Assembly: GCA_039794845.1 (NCBI GenBank) | Contig: JAUQVK010000025.1 | Location: 61,197 to 125,196 of the forward strand | Origin: Thermostichus sp. DRC_bins_24 | Lineage (GTDB): Bacteria > Cyanobacteriota > Cyanobacteriia > Thermostichales > Thermostichaceae | DNA length: 64,000 nucleotides | Direction: 5' to 3' | Shown: one piece after another, positions 59,240 through 64,000 of the stretch | How the letters are laid out: the number at the start of each line of letters is the position of its first letter | Numbering within the stretch: position 1 is the first letter of the stretch | Made by a program: the position numbers and the translations under genes | Notes under the pieces: generated by a model | Told to the model about the DNA's origin: nothing | Databases searched by the model: none | Seen by the model: the letters and a program-made list of their open reading frames with translations, nothing else

Positions 59240-59544
59240 GATTGACCGTTTGCGTAGTGTGCTGTAGGCAGGACAGAGGGAATAATCTCATGATCTCAGT
59301 ATTGCAGGTTCAACCGACCCATAGGCAGGGCTAATTCCACCACCCGGTCATGGGGTACCCTTGACGAGCAGTGCCCTCCAGAAGTAGCATTGGCAACAGA
59401 CTTGGGTGTCTCTCCCTTACGAACAACAGCAAATACAGACAACGTTTGATCTGTGCTTGATCTGTGCAAGCGGCTGGATCCCTGAGCGATCGACTTGTTC
59501 ATTCTCCGTTCATATCCAGTCGTATCCAGAAGGGCTTCTCTCCC

Positions 59545-59874
59545 ATGAGCACAGCGCGCTCTGTCTCTCTGCTGCTGGTTTTTCCGTTCACCTTGGCGAC
59601 TTCCGCAGCGTTGGCACAGGATTTGCAGTTTACCCTGCACAACGAAACCTCTGCCGATTTGGTGGAGTTCTACATTACCACCAGTGGGTCGGATAGTTGG
59701 GAGGAGAACCTGCTCTCGGGTCCCATTGGCACGGGCGAGAGCGCTACCGTTACCATTGCCGACGGAGAAGTTGTCTGTGAATACGATATCCTCGGCATTT
59801 TCGCGGATGGTTCACAGGCGGAAGACTACGAACTCGACCTCTGTGAGCTGGGCTCCTACACCTACTCTGAATAG
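59545..59874 (+). CDS. Small acidic secreted beta-sandwich-like protein with one Cys pair
   Basis: Signal peptide ending ALA; FTLHNET...FYIT..SDSWEENLL...CEYDI..F.DG...LDLC. Confidence 0.65.
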   Translation: MSTARSVSLLLVFPFTLATSAALAQDLQFTLHNETSADLVEFYITTSGSDSWEENLLSGPIGTGESATVTIADGEVVCEYDILGIFADGSQAEDYELDLCELGSYTYSE

Positions 59875-59907
59875 GATCGGCACAGGGTTGATTCCCGTAT
59901 GCCATGA

Positions 59908-60816
59908 CTATTCCCCGGAGATTTCCCAGGAACAAGTGGGAGTCGGCACGGGCTCTTCTAAGCCACTGAACCAGCTGAGCAAAGTGGTAGGCACGCAGAG
60001 GCCGGGGTTATCCTGCACCCGCAGTCGCCTTAGGTGGGGAAGTTCCGCCAAAAAAGCGGGCAGTTCTCCGGTCAGTTGGTTGCGGTCTAGGCGTAGATCC
60101 CGCAGTCGTTTCAGGCCTCCCAGTTCTGGCGGCAGGGATCCACTTAAGTTGTTGCCGGAGAGATACAAATTCTCCAGGTTGTACAGTTGCCCCAGTTCCG
60201 CGGGGATCGGGCCAGAGAGTTGATTGTTATCCAAAAACAGTCCTTTGAGGAGGATCATCTGGCTCAACTGGCTGGGAATGCTGCCGGAGAGCTGGTTGTT
60301 TTGCAGGATCAGGTTTTCCAACTGGCGCAACTGGCCCAGTTCCGGTGGGATCGACCCAGACAATCGGTTGTGATCCAAAAAAAGGCCTTGTAAATTCTGC
60401 AGCTGACCCAACTCCGGCGGGATCGGCCCGGAAAACTGGTTGTAGTCCAAGAACAGGTGTTGCAGCTGGTTCAATTGCCCCAACTCAGGTGGAATTGGCC
60501 CCGAAAGTTGGTTGTGGCTGAGGGAGAGGGCACGTAACTGCCAGAATTGCCCCATCTGACTTGGCAGGGATCCGCTTAACCCTTGGCGATCCAAAACCAG
60601 CCCGATCAGACAGCGGCCCGGATCAAACTGGGCCACCTCTTCCAACAGGATATCCGGGCGACCCATCTGGTCTAGCACTTGCAACAACAGGCTCCGATCC
60701 CGATCCCCACAGTTGGGAGCAGGTGGGGTCGCCGCTGCCCACCCCACCGAAGCGAACCCCACCAACAGGCCCACCGTCCACAGGCCCTGCCGACCAACCC
60801 ATCCAAGTTGCCTCAT
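59908..60816 (-). CDS. Secreted protein made of plant-type 24-aa leucine-rich repeats
   Basis: Signal peptide ending GWA; eight units of LSGxIPxELGQLxxLxxLxLxxNQ; Cys pairs flanking the array including NPGLC. Confidence 0.9.
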   Translation of the reverse strand: MRQLGWVGRQGLWTVGLLVGFASVGWAAATPPAPNCGDRDRSLLLQVLDQMGRPDILLEEVAQFDPGRCLIGLVLDRQGLSGSLPSQMGQFWQLRALSLSHNQLSGPIPPELGQLNQLQHLFLDYNQFSGPIPPELGQLQNLQGLFLDHNRLSGSIPPELGQLRQLENLILQNNQLSGSIPSQLSQMILLKGLFLDNNQLSGPIPAELGQLYNLENLYLSGNNLSGSLPPELGGLKRLRDLRLDRNQLTGELPAFLAELPHLRRLRVQDNPGLCVPTTLLSWFSGLEEPVPTPTCSWEISGE

Positions 60817-61027
60817 CAGGACGGCACTCTCCGTTCCAATGGATCCCTGCCAGACTAGCACCCAAGCTAAGAAAACCTCCTGCCACCCATCCCAAGTAGC
60901 TTGAGAACTGGGGCACCGTTCTCAAAATGACCCGGTATTAGACGTTCCCCCGGTTGTCCCATCTGCCAAAGGGAATCATTGCCGTAGAAAACCCGGCCGT
61001 AAGCACACTCCCAGAAACAGCCTTAGA

Positions 61028-64000
61028 TTATGAACATTCGGAGCTCGGTCTTTGGGGAATCAAACGAAGCTCAACTTCTGGCAGGATAGACGGCAAGCTA
61101 TCCAAATAACTCTGTGATAAACAATTGAAGCTCACATCTAAGATATCTCCAGGATCAAGTCCACTTCCGTACAGATTGAGAACGGGTTCAATATCTGTTA
61201 GGAAATTAGAGTTGACGTTGATGTTTTGTACGCTAGAAAGCTCAGTAGGTAAACCTTCCAAAGAACGAAGTTCATTCGGCCAAAGGCTCAGCAGCTCAAG
61301 GGCGGGCAAACTACTGGGCAAGCCCTCCAGAGAAGTCAATCCAGTTCCATTGATGGAAAGCACCTTCAGGTTCGGCAAAGCATCGGGTAGACCCTGTAGA
61401 CTGCGTAGCGTGCCACCCCCAACCCCTAAAAATTCAAGCTTGGATAGATCACCAGGCAAGCCTCTCAGATCATCGAGTTGGTTCCCGCCAAGTGAAAGGG
61501 TACGCAGCTCAGGCAAGGCTGATGGCAACCCATCTAGATTCTGTAGTGCGTTGTCGGAAATATCCAGAGATTCCAGATTGGGAAGGGCCGGTAGACCCTG
61601 TAGAGTTCGGATCCCGCGGTTCTTAGCATTGAGCTCTCTTAAATCCTCCAGATCTGATGGGGAAAGAGGACCCGTAGGCTTGTTAATTGCATCCCGAATA
61701 GCGGCCTCAAGACCCGGATCCAACGCAGGAGGTTGATCTTGGGCGATCACCTCTAGGGTTCCGTTTTCGGTAACACTCTGGTTGGATTGATCCGACAACG
61801 TCAGGCTGTAACTATAGGTTCCCGGCAAGAGGTTGGAGGGGAAAGGATAAGTAAACTGACAAGTACGAGCACCCGTCGCACATCCTGTTATGGACTGAGG
61901 TAAAGCTTGGTTGAAAGTTACCCCGGGACCATTGATCACCAATCGAATGGATTGCAACCCACCAGGGATAGTGGCAGATAAGCCCAGTGTGACGGGATCC
62001 CCCAGAAAGACTTGTTCTGGCACAGTCAGGATAACTGTGGGTGAATCTGCCAGTTCCAGTGATTCTACAGGCGGGCTCACCTGGGTGAACACCTCCGCAA
62101 AAGCCTCCCCTCCAATGGCCACATCCACAATGCAGGCTTCTAGCAGAGCCGCCTCTGTAATCCCCTGATCCAGACAGAAGGTTTCTGCCGCCTGTCGAGC
62201 TGCTGGATCCAAGGTTTCCGAGGTTACAAACTCGGTAGGGGTGCCCGTAAAGGTGCTGGTACTCTGTCCAGGCTCGTAATCCAATAAGGACTCGCTTTGG
62301 GTAATCCGCCAGCTTTCTCCAAAGAGATTGTACAGGTCTGCCAAAGCTACTGGAGGCTCTAAGACTTGTCCAGCTCTTGTGGCAATGTCATTGGCACGAT
62401 TTCGGTCAAAATTACCCAACAAACCCGACACGCGACCCAACCGAGCCGACGAGATAAAGACCTCAAGATCTACTGACTGAGAAGCAAACGAAGGCTCATT
62501 AAAAATGTTGATTCGGATAAATTCCCCGGTTGGCCACACCAAGCGATATCGAGAACCAGACTCTCGTAACAATACTCCGCCATTGTCAAACACAAATCGG
62601 CTTCCAGTATTAATCGAAATCGGCGATCCATCTACTCTGATCTGAGGGCCATAAAATCCCACTCGCTGGGATCCCATCTTGATGGCCACCGCAGCATTGA
62701 GGGTAACATTGGCTCCCGGCCTGACGGGGATTTGCCGGGTTTGCACCTGAATCTCATCATCATCAGACTTGATTAACCAGAACTCCCCTTGTCCATGGAA
62801 AGCGTAGTACAGACCATCCAGCGTTTTGAAATGGGGATCCCCGATGGTAAAGCCGTCACTGCAATCTTCGCACTCCGGCAAAGGGGTTGGGGTTGGACTT
62901 GGAGTCGGAGTTGGCCCGCCACCTCCACCGGGTGGCCCACCACTGCCGGGACGATTACCGCCACTACCAAAGCCTCCTATACCGATCGGGATCCCTCCGC
63001 TTGGGGGAGAATCGCAGTTGGGTTCGATATCACAGATATCCACCGCGGTGATTGTTCTGCGGTCTTCAAGCACAAGAGTCTCTCCGTCAAACTCTGTAGT
63101 GCGACGGACAATAACTCCCAGCACCAGTCTGCCGAGGTTTTGATTTAAGGTAGCAGTAGTTGTGAAAACGCCTTCAGCACTTGTTGTTCCGGTACTTTGC
63201 TCAACTGTTCCATTTTCGCTCAAAACAACAACTTCAACATCGAGGGGTTCACCAAAAATGATATCTCCCGATCGATTCCGCAAGCCAGCTTTAATCGTCA
63301 GGGGATAGGCTTGTCCATCTTCTATTTCACGGGGGAAATCGATCGACTCAATCGCGGGATCCAAATCCGGGCAACGAATCTCAGGAGGTGTAATAGCAAT
63401 ACTGACAGGTTGGCTCTCTGCCAGAGGATTCTCACCATTTTCATCAGTAGCGCTAAAGATGACTGCGGAAATTTGTCTCTGGCCTTCCTCACCTTCTTCA
63501 TAGAAGCAGCTATTCAACCAAACTACCTGATCCAGTTCACTTTCTGTGATAAATCCAATCTGTGAATCCTTCCAGCCTAACCAAAAAGTTGTCTCACTTA
63601 TGGCAGAGCGATTAAAAGGTAATGGTATGCTGAGCAAAGTCTCTTCTTTGATAGGAAATTCAAACCGACCTAAATCTAGCTTGAAAGGATCCACTTTTGC
63701 ACTGAATGCAGTCATTTCTACTGCAAGTTTTCCATCAACATTCAAGGTAGGTGTAATCTCTGCTGTCGCCAAAAAAGGAATCTTATCAGAACGACTAAAG
63801 CTTTCGGCGGATAGAGGAAGCTCAGGGTTAATATCAAATCCCCTTGCTAAAGAGCTAACATTAGGAGTAAGAGAGGGAACAAAGCCTATTTTAGGGCCGC
63901 CGATACTGTAAAGTTTAAACTCAGCTTCGGTCTTGAGTTGATTCTTAAGTGCTCCCTCTAAGTGAAAGTTTCCCTCAAAAAACTCATTAAACTTTCCATC
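61028..64000 (-). CDS. Large multidomain protein, 5' end outside the window: Ig-like, Gly/Pro linker, VWD, Ig-like, C-terminal LRRs
   Basis: Frame is open to base 64000; GDPHFKTLDG...GEF and GLLGNFD VWD motifs; internalin-like cap DPGLEAAIR; 23-aa LRRs. Confidence 0.85.
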   Translation of the reverse strand, partial: DGKFNEFFEGNFHLEGALKNQLKTEAEFKLYSIGGPKIGFVPSLTPNVSSLARGFDINPELPLSAESFSRSDKIPFLATAEITPTLNVDGKLAVEMTAFSAKVDPFKLDLGRFEFPIKEETLLSIPLPFNRSAISETTFWLGWKDSQIGFITESELDQVVWLNSCFYEEGEEGQRQISAVIFSATDENGENPLAESQPVSIAITPPEIRCPDLDPAIESIDFPREIEDGQAYPLTIKAGLRNRSGDIIFGEPLDVEVVVLSENGTVEQSTGTTSAEGVFTTTATLNQNLGRLVLGVIVRRTTEFDGETLVLEDRRTITAVDICDIEPNCDSPPSGGIPIGIGGFGSGGNRPGSGGPPGGGGGPTPTPSPTPTPLPECEDCSDGFTIGDPHFKTLDGLYYAFHGQGEFWLIKSDDDEIQVQTRQIPVRPGANVTLNAAVAIKMGSQRVGFYGPQIRVDGSPISINTGSRFVFDNGGVLLRESGSRYRLVWPTGEFIRINIFNEPSFASQSVDLEVFISSARLGRVSGLLGNFDRNRANDIATRAGQVLEPPVALADLYNLFGESWRITQSESLLDYEPGQSTSTFTGTPTEFVTSETLDPAARQAAETFCLDQGITEAALLEACIVDVAIGGEAFAEVFTQVSPPVESLELADSPTVILTVPEQVFLGDPVTLGLSATIPGGLQSIRLVINGPGVTFNQALPQSITGCATGARTCQFTYPFPSNLLPGTYSYSLTLSDQSNQSVTENGTLEVIAQDQPPALDPGLEAAIRDAINKPTGPLSPSDLEDLRELNAKNRGIRTLQGLPALPNLESLDISDNALQNLDGLPSALPELRTLSLGGNQLDDLRGLPGDLSKLEFLGVGGGTLRSLQGLPDALPNLKVLSINGTGLTSLEGLPSSLPALELLSLWPNELRSLEGLPTELSSVQNINVNSNFLTDIEPVLNLYGSGLDPGDILDVSFNCLSQSYLDSLPSILPEVELRLIPQRPSSECS

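Noticed and set aside
59240..59420. Segment CAGAAGTAGCATTGGCAACAGACTTGG...CTCTCCC resembles my recollection of the 3' arm of cyanobacterial 6S RNA
   Set aside because: I could not find the complementary arm on either strand, so the 6S rod cannot be drawn. An Infernal search with the Rfam 6S model would settle it.
60040..60590. Regularly spaced DNA repeats that could be mistaken for a CRISPR array
   Set aside because: The 72-bp period is explained by in-frame 24-aa LRRs, and no cas genes are present.

Overview
GC-rich cyanobacterial chromosome segment. Phycobilisome, chlP and CP12 genes, plus dense GGGATCCC octamers and very few canonical HIP1 (GCGATCGC) sites, point to a hot-spring Thermostichus (Synechococcus OS-A/OS-B'-like) strain; this assignment is inference. 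Most of the window is housekeeping and signalling genes: a cpcB-A-C-E-like cluster with cpcT, a PatA/CheY/CheW/MCP/CheA/CheW chemosensory operon, accA, chlP, alpha-2-macroglobulin, pilB-pilT-pilC, ogdA, a dgcA/dgcN-like pair, mgdE, thyX, coaD, pfkA, an FHA-adenylate cyclase, ribF, moaE, cobS, lpdA and CP12. I recognised no tRNA, rRNA or CRISPR array. The most unusual items are: (1) a divergent phycocyanin-like operon whose beta subunit has Pro in place of the methylated Asn72 and whose alpha subunit has a short loop, an extra Cys and His88; (2) a 444-aa intein in the ThyX active-site motif carrying duplicated HTH-like units and an HNH nuclease; (3) a cluster at the window end with a giant VWD(GDPH)-Ig-LRR protein, a plant-type LRR protein and a small acidic secreted protein; (4) a pepsin-like lipoprotein plus partner resembling DUF3443/DUF2844; (5) an internally deleted IS200/IS605 tnpB element that keeps both ends; (6) a pseudo-receiver fused to a non-RD Ser/Thr kinase; (7) recurrent 10-14 bp tandem duplications. 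Family assignments come from motif recognition and recalled reference sequences; no database searches were run.
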